A stretch of 64,000 nt of DNA, taken from Clostridia bacterium. Its GTDB lineage: Bacteria; Bacillota; Peptococcia; Peptococcales; BICA1-8. Under the pieces are notes generated by a model, which was not told the origin of the DNA, did not search any database, and saw only the letters and a list, made by a program, of their open reading frames with translations. The stretch lies in contig JAAXZE010000068.1 in NCBI GenBank assembly GCA_012720075.1, positions 274 through 64,273 on the forward strand, given 5' to 3'. How positions within the stretch are numbered: the first letter of the stretch is position 1; the number at the start of each line of letters is the position of its first letter. The position numbers and the translations under genes were made by a program. Shown piece by piece: positions 52,224 through 61,458 of this stretch.

Positions 52224-52397
52224 TACTTTTATGCTCCTTTATATTCGTCATTTTTTGATTTAGTTCGATAAATAGTAGCATAATTCCTTTTATAAAAAAA
52301 GAAAAAAATTATTTAGAAGACGCAGAAAATACTAACAAATTAGTGTATAATGAATACAAAGAACAACGGGGAGAAATTCCAACGATGGGGGGATTGT

Positions 52398-52646
52398 ATG
52401 CTTACTAAAGAAGACTATCGGAGAGTATTAGAAATTTCCCATGAACTTAGCGGAATATTAAAAAGGAGCAGGCTGGATGCCATTGAGTTGCATATTAAGG
52501 ATGGAATGACAGATATCCCCAATGAAGAAAAGTTTATACTGCACGGCAAGAATTATCAGCGGGTAACGGGCTGGGCCAAGGATAATAACGGTCAGGAAGA
52601 GGATTATGAAGAGTTTTTAAATAAAGGGAAACATGTGTTCAGCTAA
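52398..52646 (+). CDS. hypothetical protein
   Basis: ATG 52398 lies 5 nt after GGGGGGA. 82 aa. Confidence 0.45.
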   Translation: MLTKEDYRRVLEISHELSGILKRSRLDAIELHIKDGMTDIPNEEKFILHGKNYQRVTGWAKDNNGQEEDYEEFLNKGKHVFS

Positions 52647-52873
52647 AATTTGGTTTTAAACTATAAAGTGCACCAAAATTTAAGGTGCACTTTCTTTCTT
52701 TCCGAGCCATCGAACTGAAATTGGTCTTTATCCTGTCTTTTTCCAGAAAGAAGATTAATTTTATTTCATCATTATTTTCATTAAAAAATAAAAATTTTTT
52801 TCAAACCATTTTTATAAATTGTGATATTATTAAAGATGTTTGGACAAAAGCTAAAAGAGGTGCGGCAGGGGAA

Positions 52874-54229
52874 ATGAAAAAAATTTATTTTTTCAGTATG
52901 TATTTTCTATTTGTTTTAGTTCTTACTAACGAATTTTTTGCAATTAACACCAAGGTATTTATTTTTTTGAGTTCTTTAGGCATGGTAGCTTTTTTAGCCT
53001 CATCTCTTTATAAAAACAAAGGTTTTCAGTTGTATGTATCATTGATTTCCCTTGCCGTAGGGCATTTTCTTTTATATAAATATCATTTGGGCTTTGATGT
53101 TTGGTATGAGAGTTTAATGAAGGGGCTGGGCATGCCCGTTCTTTTTGTAGTTATACCCCTTATTTCTTTTCCCATAAAATACGGTGACTATTTAGGAGCC
53201 ATTGAAAGTTTTGTCAAAACAAAGTCGAAGAAACCCGGTTTCTTATTTTCCTTTTTGGCTGTAACCCATTTGGTTTTAAGTATTGCTTTAGATATTGGTT
53301 CAATTCCAGTTTTGCAAAATATCCTTAAGCAAGTGAAATTCCCCAAGAAGTTTTTGGCCTTATTATATGCTGCCGGTTATTCATCTTTTATAGCTTTTTC
53401 CCCTTACAACCCTTTGGTAATTATGGTTTTATTATTTTCCAGTGTAACTTATTCTGAGTATTTTTTTACCGGTTTAGCCATGGTGGCTTTGATTATTTTG
53501 GTAACTACTGTTTTAGTTAAAGCTGATAAAAAGTTATTAGAGGAATTTCAAACTAATTTAAGTTTTTCCGGCCAAAACAATAGGAGCCACAAAAAGGCAT
53601 ATGAACTTTTAGTCAATATTTTCTTTTTAATAGGTTTAGCTTCCATATGCGGGAAAATCTTGCCTCTTTCCAATGTCCTCTACACCATCACCATAATTAT
53701 TGTTGTTTATTCAATGGTCTGGGGGCTTTTGTTAAAGGTTTTGGATAAATATAAAAGTGAGTTCAGGGGTTATAGTGAAAATTTCCTGAGTTTTAAGGGC
53801 TTTCTTCCTTTTTTAATTTCAGCCAATTTCCTAGGTTCGATTGTGTCCTTTACTCCGATAAAAGAAAGTATTGAGGATATGGTTTTAATATTAAATCATT
53901 TGCCGACTTATTTTGTTATTCTATTTTTTATTGTGTTAACAATGCTTTTGTCGGCCATAGGCGTGCACATGATGATCACCGTGACGACCTATGCTATGAC
54001 CATTACACCGGGACTTATCGGTTTGTCAAACACTGCCTTTGCGGTAACTTTATTAACCTGTTGGTTTATGGCTATGTTGATTTCGCCCTTTGTCCCTTAT
54101 AATATGGTTGTGGCGGAAACCATAGACGAAAAACCTTTAAATATTGTTTTAAAATACAATCTGAAGTTTTGTTTGGTTATGTTAGTGTTTGCTCCTCTGC
54201 TTATCCTGGGGCTGAACTATTTATCTTAA
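52874..54229 (+). CDS. polytopic permease of unrecognised family, paralog 1
   Basis: 451 aa, ~12 TM. ATG 52874 follows GGCAGGGGAA. The track start at 52685 is an over-extension. Confidence 0.7.
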   Translation: MKKIYFFSMYFLFVLVLTNEFFAINTKVFIFLSSLGMVAFLASSLYKNKGFQLYVSLISLAVGHFLLYKYHLGFDVWYESLMKGLGMPVLFVVIPLISFPIKYGDYLGAIESFVKTKSKKPGFLFSFLAVTHLVLSIALDIGSIPVLQNILKQVKFPKKFLALLYAAGYSSFIAFSPYNPLVIMVLLFSSVTYSEYFFTGLAMVALIILVTTVLVKADKKLLEEFQTNLSFSGQNNRSHKKAYELLVNIFFLIGLASICGKILPLSNVLYTITIIIVVYSMVWGLLLKVLDKYKSEFRGYSENFLSFKGFLPFLISANFLGSIVSFTPIKESIEDMVLILNHLPTYFVILFFIVLTMLLSAIGVHMMITVTTYAMTITPGLIGLSNTAFAVTLLTCWFMAMLISPFVPYNMVVAETIDEKPLNIVLKYNLKFCLVMLVFAPLLILGLNYLS

Positions 54230-54333
54230 AATTTAGGTAAAATCACATAACAAAGGTTAGAGCAGGACCCATGGAACTGTGTAAATGCAGAAAAGCTAAG
54301 ACTAGAGAAGGAATTGGTACCTGTTTTTAAAAG

Positions 54334-54390
54334 GAGTGCCTCTCAGATATTAGACAGCAAGCTAATATTTAAGAGGCACTCTTCTTGTTT
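54334..54390 (+). terminator. long hairpin between the two paralogs
   Basis: gagtgcctct...agaggcactc 10-bp stem followed by ttcttgtttt. Confidence 0.45.
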
Positions 54391-54534
54391 TCCTGCCCCC
54401 GGGCTGAATCCCATCTGTTTAGCCCTGGCTCAATTTTTAAGAAAAATTAATTTCTTTTGTTAAACATTTTCAGAAAGTTGTGATATGATGAAAGATAGTT
54501 TGGATAACAGCTTAATAAGAGGAGCAGCAAGGGA

Positions 54535-55890
54535 ATGAAAAGGTTATATTTTTTTAGCATGTATTTTTTATTTATTTTAGTCCTTATTAACGAGTTTTTC
54601 GGGATAAACGCCAAGGTTTTTATTTTCTTGAGTTCTTTAGGTATGATAGCTTTTTTAATCTCGGCCCTTTATAAAAACAAAGGTTTTCAGTTGTATGTAT
54701 CATTGATTTCCCTTGCCGTGGGACATTTTCTTTTATATAAGTATCATTTAGGTTTTGATGTTTGGTATGAAAGTTTAATGAAGGGACTGGGTATGCCCAT
54801 TCTTTTTGTGGTTATACCCCTTATTTCTTTTCCCATTAAATACGGGAACTATTTGGGGGCTATAGAAAGTTTTGTTAAAGCTAAGTCGGAAAAACCCGGA
54901 TTTTTATTTTCTTTTTTGGCTGTAACCCATCTGGTTTTGAGTATTGCTTTAGATATTGGCTCAATTCCCGTTATGAAAAATATTCTTAAAGAGATAAATT
55001 TCCCCCAAAAGTTTTTGGCCTTATTATATGCTGCCGGCTTTTCTTCTTATGTTGCTTTTTCGCCTTACGACCCTTTGGTAATTATGGTTTTGCTATTTTC
55101 CGGCCTAACTTATTCCGATTATTTTTTTACCGGTTTAGCCATGGTTGCTTTGATTGTTCTGGTAGCTACGGTTTTAGTTAAAACCGATAAGAAGTTATTA
55201 GAAGAATTTCAGGGTAATTTAGGCCAAACGGGCCGAATCAATGGAAGTTACAAAAAGGTATATGAACTTTTGGCCCATATTTTTATTTTAATTGGTTTAG
55301 CTTCCATAGGCGGGAAAATCTTAACTCTTTCCAATATCCTCTACACTATCGCCATTATAATCATTGTTTATTCCTTGGTCTGGGGGTTTTTGCTAAAGGC
55401 TTTGGATAAGTATAAAAGCGAGTTCAGGGGTTATAGTGAAAATTTCCTGAGTTTTAAGGGTTTTCTTCCTTTTTTAATTTCGGCTAATTTTTTAGGTTCC
55501 ATTGTATCCTTTACCCCGTTAAAAGAAAGTATTGAGGATATGGTTTTAATATTAAACCATTTGCCAACATATTTTATTATTCTAATCTTTATAGTGGTAA
55601 CAATGCTTTTATCGGCTATCGGCGTTCACATGATGATCACCGTGACAGCCTATGCAATGACCATTACACCGGGACTTATCGGTTTATCAAAGGCTAGTTT
55701 TGCCTTAACTTTGTTAACCTGTTGGTTTATGGCTATGCTGATTTCGCCTTTTGTTCCTTATAATGTGATTGTGGGGGAAACCATAGATGAAAAACCATTA
55801 AATATTGTTTTAAAATACAATATGAAGTTTTGTTTAGTGATGATAGTGTTTGCTCCTCTGCTTATCCTGGGGCTGAACAGTCTATTTTAG
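54535..55890 (+). CDS. polytopic permease of unrecognised family, paralog 2
   Basis: 451 aa, collinear with paralog 1. Long identical stretches, e.g. KNKGFQLYVSLISLAVGHFLLYKYHLGFDVWYESLMKGLGMP. Confidence 0.75.
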   Translation: MKRLYFFSMYFLFILVLINEFFGINAKVFIFLSSLGMIAFLISALYKNKGFQLYVSLISLAVGHFLLYKYHLGFDVWYESLMKGLGMPILFVVIPLISFPIKYGNYLGAIESFVKAKSEKPGFLFSFLAVTHLVLSIALDIGSIPVMKNILKEINFPQKFLALLYAAGFSSYVAFSPYDPLVIMVLLFSGLTYSDYFFTGLAMVALIVLVATVLVKTDKKLLEEFQGNLGQTGRINGSYKKVYELLAHIFILIGLASIGGKILTLSNILYTIAIIIIVYSLVWGFLLKALDKYKSEFRGYSENFLSFKGFLPFLISANFLGSIVSFTPLKESIEDMVLILNHLPTYFIILIFIVVTMLLSAIGVHMMITVTAYAMTITPGLIGLSKASFALTLLTCWFMAMLISPFVPYNVIVGETIDEKPLNIVLKYNMKFCLVMIVFAPLLILGLNSLF

Positions 55891-55900
55891 CTTTTGGGTA

Positions 55901-55937
55901 AATCCTGCTTAACAAAGGTTAGGGCAGGATTTTTTTA
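55901..55937 (+). terminator. intrinsic terminator
   Basis: aatcctgc...gcaggatt stem followed by a T7 run. Confidence 0.7.
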
Positions 55938-55985
55938 TCTGTTGGAGAATGAGTGAAATACATCAAATAAATGGAGGTATTGTAA

Positions 55986-56648
55986 ATGTTTACAAATGAA
56001 AAAGAAATGTTTGATATGATGCGGCAAAAATTATATTCGGCGGTAATTAGTGATATTTTGGATGATTTAGGCTATCGGAACCAGGTTATGGAGGAGAACA
56101 TCAGGCCAATTCATGAGGATTTTGTGATAGTCGGAAAGGCTAAGACCTGTTTAGCTGTTGATGTTTATAAGGAATACACCAATCCTTATGATATAGAGAT
56201 TAAAGCTATTGACAGCTTAAAAGAAAATGAAGTGTTTGTAGCTTCTACCAATAAGTCACCACGGATTTCCCTTTGGGGAGAACTTTTATCTACCGCTTCC
56301 AAAGCCAGAGGAGCCGTTGGGGCTATCATCGACGGCTTAATTCGGGATGTTAAAAAAATCATTGCCATGGATTTTCCTGTATTTTGTGCCGGTTTTAAGC
56401 CTTTGGATTCTAAAGGCAGGGGCTATGTCATAGATTATGATTGTCCAATTCTTTGTGGTGGTGTTATGGTTTATCCGGGTGATATTATTTTTGCTGACTA
56501 TGACGGGGTAGTGGTGATACCCAGCCAAATAGCCGGTGAAGTGATCGAAAAAGCTTTAGAAAAAGTGAATAAAGAAAATTCAATAAAAAAGGAATTGGAG
56601 GAAGGTAAACTTCTGGCCGATATTTATAAAAAATATGGTGTGCTTTGA
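55986..56648 (+). CDS. RraA-like / HMG-aldolase-family protein
   Basis: SAVISDILDDLGY...WGELLSTASKARGAVGAIIDGLIRD...DYDGVVVIP. Confidence 0.75.
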   Translation: MFTNEKEMFDMMRQKLYSAVISDILDDLGYRNQVMEENIRPIHEDFVIVGKAKTCLAVDVYKEYTNPYDIEIKAIDSLKENEVFVASTNKSPRISLWGELLSTASKARGAVGAIIDGLIRDVKKIIAMDFPVFCAGFKPLDSKGRGYVIDYDCPILCGGVMVYPGDIIFADYDGVVVIPSQIAGEVIEKALEKVNKENSIKKELEEGKLLADIYKKYGVL

Positions 56649-56650
56649 AC

Positions 56651-56679
56651 TTTACAAACTCCTCCTGGGCAGTTATAAT
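56651..56679 (+). promoter_or_regulatory. sigma-A-type promoter of the metal ATPase operon
   Basis: TTTACA-N17-TATAAT. Confidence 0.5.
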
Positions 56680-56684
56680 TTAAT

Positions 56685-56706
56685 TGAACAAATGAATAAC
56701 TGTTCA
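56685..56706 (+). promoter_or_regulatory. candidate ArsR/SmtB-family operator
   Basis: Inverted repeat TGAACA-N10-TGTTCA immediately downstream of the -10. Confidence 0.45.
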
Positions 56707-56731
56707 TATATTGTTTGTGGAGGAGTTTGCG

Positions 56732-58840
56732 ATGGAGATAAAATTATTTTTAAAAGGTCTAGGTTGCGCCAATTGTGCCAAAAAAGTGGAGGAGCAAACC
56801 CAAAAGTTAGAAGGCATAGAAATGGCAGCCGTTAATTTTGCTACCGGCATCATGAGTATTGAACTGAGCCAGCAGGCTAACCGCAATTTTCGCAATATAC
56901 TAAAAGAAATCGAAAAAATTATTAAAACTATTGAACCCCAAGTAGAGGTAATAGTTGTCCAAGAAAATACGGAAGAGCCGGAAGATGAAGAAATTTTTGC
57001 AAAAAAGCATATTTTTAAACTTGGAATAGGCATAATATTTTTTGTTGCGGCAATATTTTACAAAGGTAATTTGTCCTTGGAATTGGCGTTGTTTTTAATA
57101 AGTTATTTTTTAATCGGCGGGGAAGTTTTGGCTCGAGCTATTAACAATATTAGGCGGGGCCAAATTTTTGACGAGAATTTTCTAATGAGTATTGCTACCA
57201 TAGGCGCTTTTATTGTTGGCGAATATCCTGAAGGTGTAGCGGTTATGCTGTTTTATCAGATAGGGGAGACTTTTCAGGATATGGCTGTTAATAAATCCCG
57301 CAGGTCTATCAAAGCCTTGCTGGACATTAAACCCGATTATGCCAATTTACTGGAAAACGGAATAGAAAGAAAAGTTGACCCGGAAAATGTCAGCATAGGT
57401 GATATAATTATTATTAAACCCGGTGAGAGGGTGCCCCTGGACGGCATAATTGTGGAAGGAACCACTATGGTCGATACCGCAGCTCTAACCGGGGAGTCTG
57501 TACCCAGGAAAATTGAAGTTGGTGAAGAACTATTAAGCGGCTCCATTAACCTTACCGGATTGGTTAAAGTCGAGGTGACCAAAAGGTTTGGCGAATCAAC
57601 AGTCAATAGAATTATTCAATTGGTGCAAAATGCCGGAAGCAGGAAAGCGCCGACGGAAAATTTTATAACCAAATTTGCAAGAATTTACACTCCGGTTGTC
57701 GTATTCCTGGCAGTGGCACTGGCGGTAATTCCGCCCTTAATTTTGGAAGGAGCCTTTTTTTCCCAATGGTTTTATCGGGCTTTGATATTTTTGGTAATCT
57801 CTTGCCCCTGTGCCTTAGTGATATCTATTCCTCTAAGTTTTTTCGGGGGAATAGGCGGTGCTTCCAGAAACGGAATTTTAGTAAAGGGTGGGAACTTCCT
57901 AGAAGCTCTGAAGGATGTTTCGACGGTAGTCTTTGATAAAACCGGGACATTAACAAAAGGGGTTTTTAAGGTTACAGAAGTAAAACCCAGCCCTGGCTTC
58001 AGCCAGGAAAAATTATTGGAATATGCTGCTTTAGCCGAAGCTTATTCCAATCATCCAATTGCAAAATCCATTTCCCAGGCTTATGGCAAAGAGATAGATA
58101 AAGCATTGATAAAAACCTATGAAGAGATGGCAGGATTGGGAGTAAAGGTTATTTGCCAAGGTCATGAAATACTGGCCGGTAATAACAAGCTGTTAAAAAT
58201 TAGGGGTTTGGCTTCCCAATATGAACAAGAAGCGGAGACCGTGGTGCATATAATTGTGGATGGAGTTTATGCCGGCAGTATCCTAATCTCTGATGAAATC
58301 AAAAAAGATGCCGTGGATACTATAAAAAAACTACGGGAAATGGGCATCGAAAAGATTGTGATGTTAACCGGAGATAATGGCCAAGTGGCGAAAAAGGTGG
58401 CCGGTGTTTTAGGAGTGGATCGGTTTTTTGCGGAATTATTGCCCGAAAATAAAATAGAGAAGTTAGAAGCTTTAATTAAAGAAAAAAATCGGGATGAAAA
58501 GCTGGTTTTTGTCGGTGATGGTATCAACGATGCCCCTGTTTTGGCCAGGGCTGATATCGGCATTGCAATGGGAGGATTGGGTTCTGATGCGGCCATTGAA
58601 GCGGCAGATGTTGTTTTAATGACCGATGAGCCGGGTAAACTGGTCACAGCCATTAAAATTGCCAAAAGAACTAATGCTATCGTCCGGCAAAACATTATTT
58701 TTTCTTTAGGTGTAAAGTTCTTGGTGCTGATTTTGGGTGCTTTAGGATTAGCAAGTATGTGGGCTGCAGTTTTTGCCGACGTTGGAGTTGCACTTTTGGC
58801 GGTTTTAAATGCCATGCGGGTAATGCAGGCTAAGGTTTAA
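56732..58840 (+). CDS. cadA: heavy-metal (Cd/Zn/Co-type) P1B-type ATPase
   Basis: HMA domain GLGCANCAKKVE. CPC motif SCPCALVIS. DKTGTLT. GDGINDAP. ATG 56732 follows GGAGGAG. Confidence 0.85.
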   Translation: MEIKLFLKGLGCANCAKKVEEQTQKLEGIEMAAVNFATGIMSIELSQQANRNFRNILKEIEKIIKTIEPQVEVIVVQENTEEPEDEEIFAKKHIFKLGIGIIFFVAAIFYKGNLSLELALFLISYFLIGGEVLARAINNIRRGQIFDENFLMSIATIGAFIVGEYPEGVAVMLFYQIGETFQDMAVNKSRRSIKALLDIKPDYANLLENGIERKVDPENVSIGDIIIIKPGERVPLDGIIVEGTTMVDTAALTGESVPRKIEVGEELLSGSINLTGLVKVEVTKRFGESTVNRIIQLVQNAGSRKAPTENFITKFARIYTPVVVFLAVALAVIPPLILEGAFFSQWFYRALIFLVISCPCALVISIPLSFFGGIGGASRNGILVKGGNFLEALKDVSTVVFDKTGTLTKGVFKVTEVKPSPGFSQEKLLEYAALAEAYSNHPIAKSISQAYGKEIDKALIKTYEEMAGLGVKVICQGHEILAGNNKLLKIRGLASQYEQEAETVVHIIVDGVYAGSILISDEIKKDAVDTIKKLREMGIEKIVMLTGDNGQVAKKVAGVLGVDRFFAELLPENKIEKLEALIKEKNRDEKLVFVGDGINDAPVLARADIGIAMGGLGSDAAIEAADVVLMTDEPGKLVTAIKIAKRTNAIVRQNIIFSLGVKFLVLILGALGLASMWAAVFADVGVALLAVLNAMRVMQAKV

Positions 58841-58880
58841 TATATTTTCCGGAAGGAAATTCTTATAAAGGGTGATAGTA

Positions 58881-59237
58881 GTGAGCAAAGAATTGGTATG
58901 CGAAGAAAATTGCGCTCATGTAGATGCGGTTAATGAGGTTAAAGAGACCATGCTGGAGAGCACTGAAATTCTGAGCCTTTCAGCCATATTTAAAGCCTTC
59001 GGTGATCCCACCAGACTGAAAATATTGCATTGTCTCCAACAAAGGGAGATGTGTGTTTGCTGTTTGTCTTGTGCTTTAGACATGTCTCAATCAGCCGTTT
59101 CCCACCAGCTTAGGGTTTTACGAAATCTGAGACTGGTTAAGCATAGAAAAGAAGGCAAAAATGTTTATTATTCTTTAGATGATGAGCATATCTTCCGAAT
59201 CTTAGAACAGGGTCTGGAACATATTAAGCACATATGA
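58881..59237 (+). CDS. cadC: ArsR/SmtB-family metalloregulator (CadC-like)
   Basis: FKAFGDPTRLKILHCL...EMCVCCLSCALDMSQSAVSHQLRVLR. N-terminal Cys pair VCEENC. Confidence 0.75.
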   Translation: MSKELVCEENCAHVDAVNEVKETMLESTEILSLSAIFKAFGDPTRLKILHCLQQREMCVCCLSCALDMSQSAVSHQLRVLRNLRLVKHRKEGKNVYYSLDDEHIFRILEQGLEHIKHI

Positions 59238-59287
59238 TTTTTGACCGGTAAATTCATAAATTAATAGCTAATCGGTAAGTGGAAATT

Positions 59288-59323
59288 AAGCCGCCTTTAC
59301 TGCAATAGAGGGCGGCTTTTTTT
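59288..59323 (+). terminator. intrinsic terminator
   Basis: aagccgcc...ggcggctt stem followed by a T-run. Confidence 0.75.
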
Positions 59324-59460
59324 ATCAGGGCTAAAGTATCAGGTAGTTGGTGTTTTATGAAAGCAAAAATTGGCACTTTTTGTAATTTTTATCGAGAAAG
59401 TGGTTTTAAAAAGCGCCAAAAGCGGTATATATTTATAATAAAAAAAGAAGGGGGGTAACT

Positions 59461-59916
59461 ATGCTACACAACCTGATTAGGGCTCCCAATACTCTGTGGA
59501 ACAAGCATAAAGGGCTTTTTGTTTTGACAGGATTAAGTTTAATGCTTCTAATAGCCTTTTTAGGCAGCCTGGGAGTAAATGCTTATACCAAAGAAGCGGA
59601 TTTTTGTGCTTCCTGCCATATTATGGACGATGTTTATCGGGAATGGCAGCATTCGGCCCACCGCCAATTCACCAACTGCAATGATTGTCATACTGACCAG
59701 ACTAATTATGTCCTGAAAACCTGGTCCAAGGCAACGGCAGGTACTGGGCACTTGTATCACAATATTTTCGGTGACCCCAATGCCATGCTTAAACTGAAAA
59801 ATACTGCTACGGTCCAGGAAAATTGTTTGCGATGTCATGGAGATTTGGTAGAGGGTAATTTTTTAATGGATGATGAATGTTTCAGGTGTCATCGGACAAC
59901 ACCACATGGCCAATGA
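59461..59916 (+). CDS. nrfH: NrfH tetraheme cytochrome c (membrane quinol dehydrogenase)
   Basis: N-terminal TM plus four CxxCH motifs (CASCH, CNDCH, CLRCH, CFRCH). Confidence 0.9.
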   Translation: MLHNLIRAPNTLWNKHKGLFVLTGLSLMLLIAFLGSLGVNAYTKEADFCASCHIMDDVYREWQHSAHRQFTNCNDCHTDQTNYVLKTWSKATAGTGHLYHNIFGDPNAMLKLKNTATVQENCLRCHGDLVEGNFLMDDECFRCHRTTPHGQ

Positions 59917-59941
59917 GAAAAGAGGAAAGGGGGATAATAAA

Positions 59942-61306
59942 TTGGAAATCAACAGAAAATTAGGAAAAATATACAAAATTGGCCTTGCGTTATTATTAAT
60001 TGGCTTGCTATTAACCGCTTGTTCCCGCAATGTTAATCAGCCGGTGACGGCTTTAAAATGGGATATCTCCGACGGAGAACTGGACCCTAAGGTTTGGGGA
60101 AAATATTTTCCCCATCAGTATACTTCCTATCAAAAAAACCTGGAAGTGCTTGATGAGGATAAAGCTAATTATGGTTCTTCGGAACGTTCCAGCCATATTG
60201 CCAGTTACCCGTGGAAACAAAACATTTGGGCCGGTTATGGGTTTTCTATAGATTATAACGAGGATCGGGGCCATGTCTGGTCAGTTATCGATCTTAAAAA
60301 TACGCAGAGGGTTAATGACCAAACGGTGGGTTCGTGTTTAACCTGCAAATCACCCAATGTACCGATTCTATATGAAAAATTGGGTGACGACTACTATGCC
60401 ACACCTTTAAAGGAACATTTAAAAGATCCCAACAGCATGATCCCTATTAGTTGCGCCAACTGCCATGACAATAAGACCATGGAACTGAAAATAGTTCAGC
60501 CTCCTTTAAGGGATGCTCTTAAAAAACTTGGCAAAGATCCAGATAAATTAAGCCACCAGGAGAAAAGGACTCTGGTGTGTGCCCAATGTCATGTGGAGTA
60601 CTATTTTGATAAGGAAAATAAAAACAGAGTTACCTTCCCTTGGACCAAAGGATTTGAACCCGCTGATATCGAGGAATATTATGATGAGATTGCCTTTGCC
60701 GATTGGCAGCATGCCAAGACCGGGCAGGGAATGCTTAAAACCCAACATCCCGAATACGAGATGTATAACGACTCTGCCCATTTCACTGCCGGTGTATCCT
60801 GTGCCGATTGTCATATGCCCTATATGAAAGCCGGCAATGAAAAATATTCTTCCCACTGGTGGACCAGCCCGTTAAAGACGGCGGAACAGTCCTGCGGCAC
60901 CTGTCATAAAGACGGTCCCGAGGCTAGAAGAGAAAGGGTCAAATATATTCAAGATAAAGTCAGTGAGCAGCTCCATAAGGCCGGTCAACTTGCAGAAGAG
61001 TTAATTCTTTCCATTGAAGCGGCCCAGAAAATTGTCGGCGTTGACAGCGATAAGTTAAATGAGGCTAAGGCTCTAAGCCGTCGGGCTGTTTGGTACTGGG
61101 ATTTTGTTTCGGCGGAAAACTCTATGGGCTTTCATAACCCGGAAAAAGCCCTGCATAGCTTGGCCGATTCCATCGACTATTCCCGCCAGGGGATAGCCTT
61201 GGTTAAGGAAGCCGTGGCCCAAGCCGGGGGCTCCATAACCATCCAACCGGCCAAGACTGAAGATGCTAACCCAACCCGGGAAATAACGGAAAAACCGGAT
61301 ATCTAA
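59942..61306 (+). CDS. nrfA: NrfA pentaheme cytochrome c nitrite reductase
   Basis: CLTCK (CxxCK active-site heme) plus CANCH, CAQCH, CADCH and CGTCH. TTG 59942 lies 8 nt after GGAAAGGGGG (alternative start ATG 59906). Confidence 0.9.
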   Translation: MEINRKLGKIYKIGLALLLIGLLLTACSRNVNQPVTALKWDISDGELDPKVWGKYFPHQYTSYQKNLEVLDEDKANYGSSERSSHIASYPWKQNIWAGYGFSIDYNEDRGHVWSVIDLKNTQRVNDQTVGSCLTCKSPNVPILYEKLGDDYYATPLKEHLKDPNSMIPISCANCHDNKTMELKIVQPPLRDALKKLGKDPDKLSHQEKRTLVCAQCHVEYYFDKENKNRVTFPWTKGFEPADIEEYYDEIAFADWQHAKTGQGMLKTQHPEYEMYNDSAHFTAGVSCADCHMPYMKAGNEKYSSHWWTSPLKTAEQSCGTCHKDGPEARRERVKYIQDKVSEQLHKAGQLAEELILSIEAAQKIVGVDSDKLNEAKALSRRAVWYWDFVSAENSMGFHNPEKALHSLADSIDYSRQGIALVKEAVAQAGGSITIQPAKTEDANPTREITEKPDI

Positions 61307-61350
61307 AAATACCGCTATAGAAGGGGTTAAACAGTATTTTTTGAATGATC

Positions 61351-61385
61351 GGCATGGCCATTATTTTGTGGCCATGCCCTTTCTA
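61351..61385 (+). terminator. hairpin terminator after nrfA
   Basis: ggcatggcc...ggccatgcc stem with a weak T-tract. Confidence 0.5.
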
Positions 61386-61458
61386 ATGCTTTTAAGCTTT
61401 GGTTTTTATTATAAATAATAAATTTTTAAATGCTTAAGGCGGGAGGAAACTATCCATA

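Noticed and set aside
58267-58815. 182-aa minus-strand ORF.
   Set aside because: It is antisense to the P-type ATPase (DKTGT and GDGINDAP motifs lie on the plus strand), so it is a shadow ORF.
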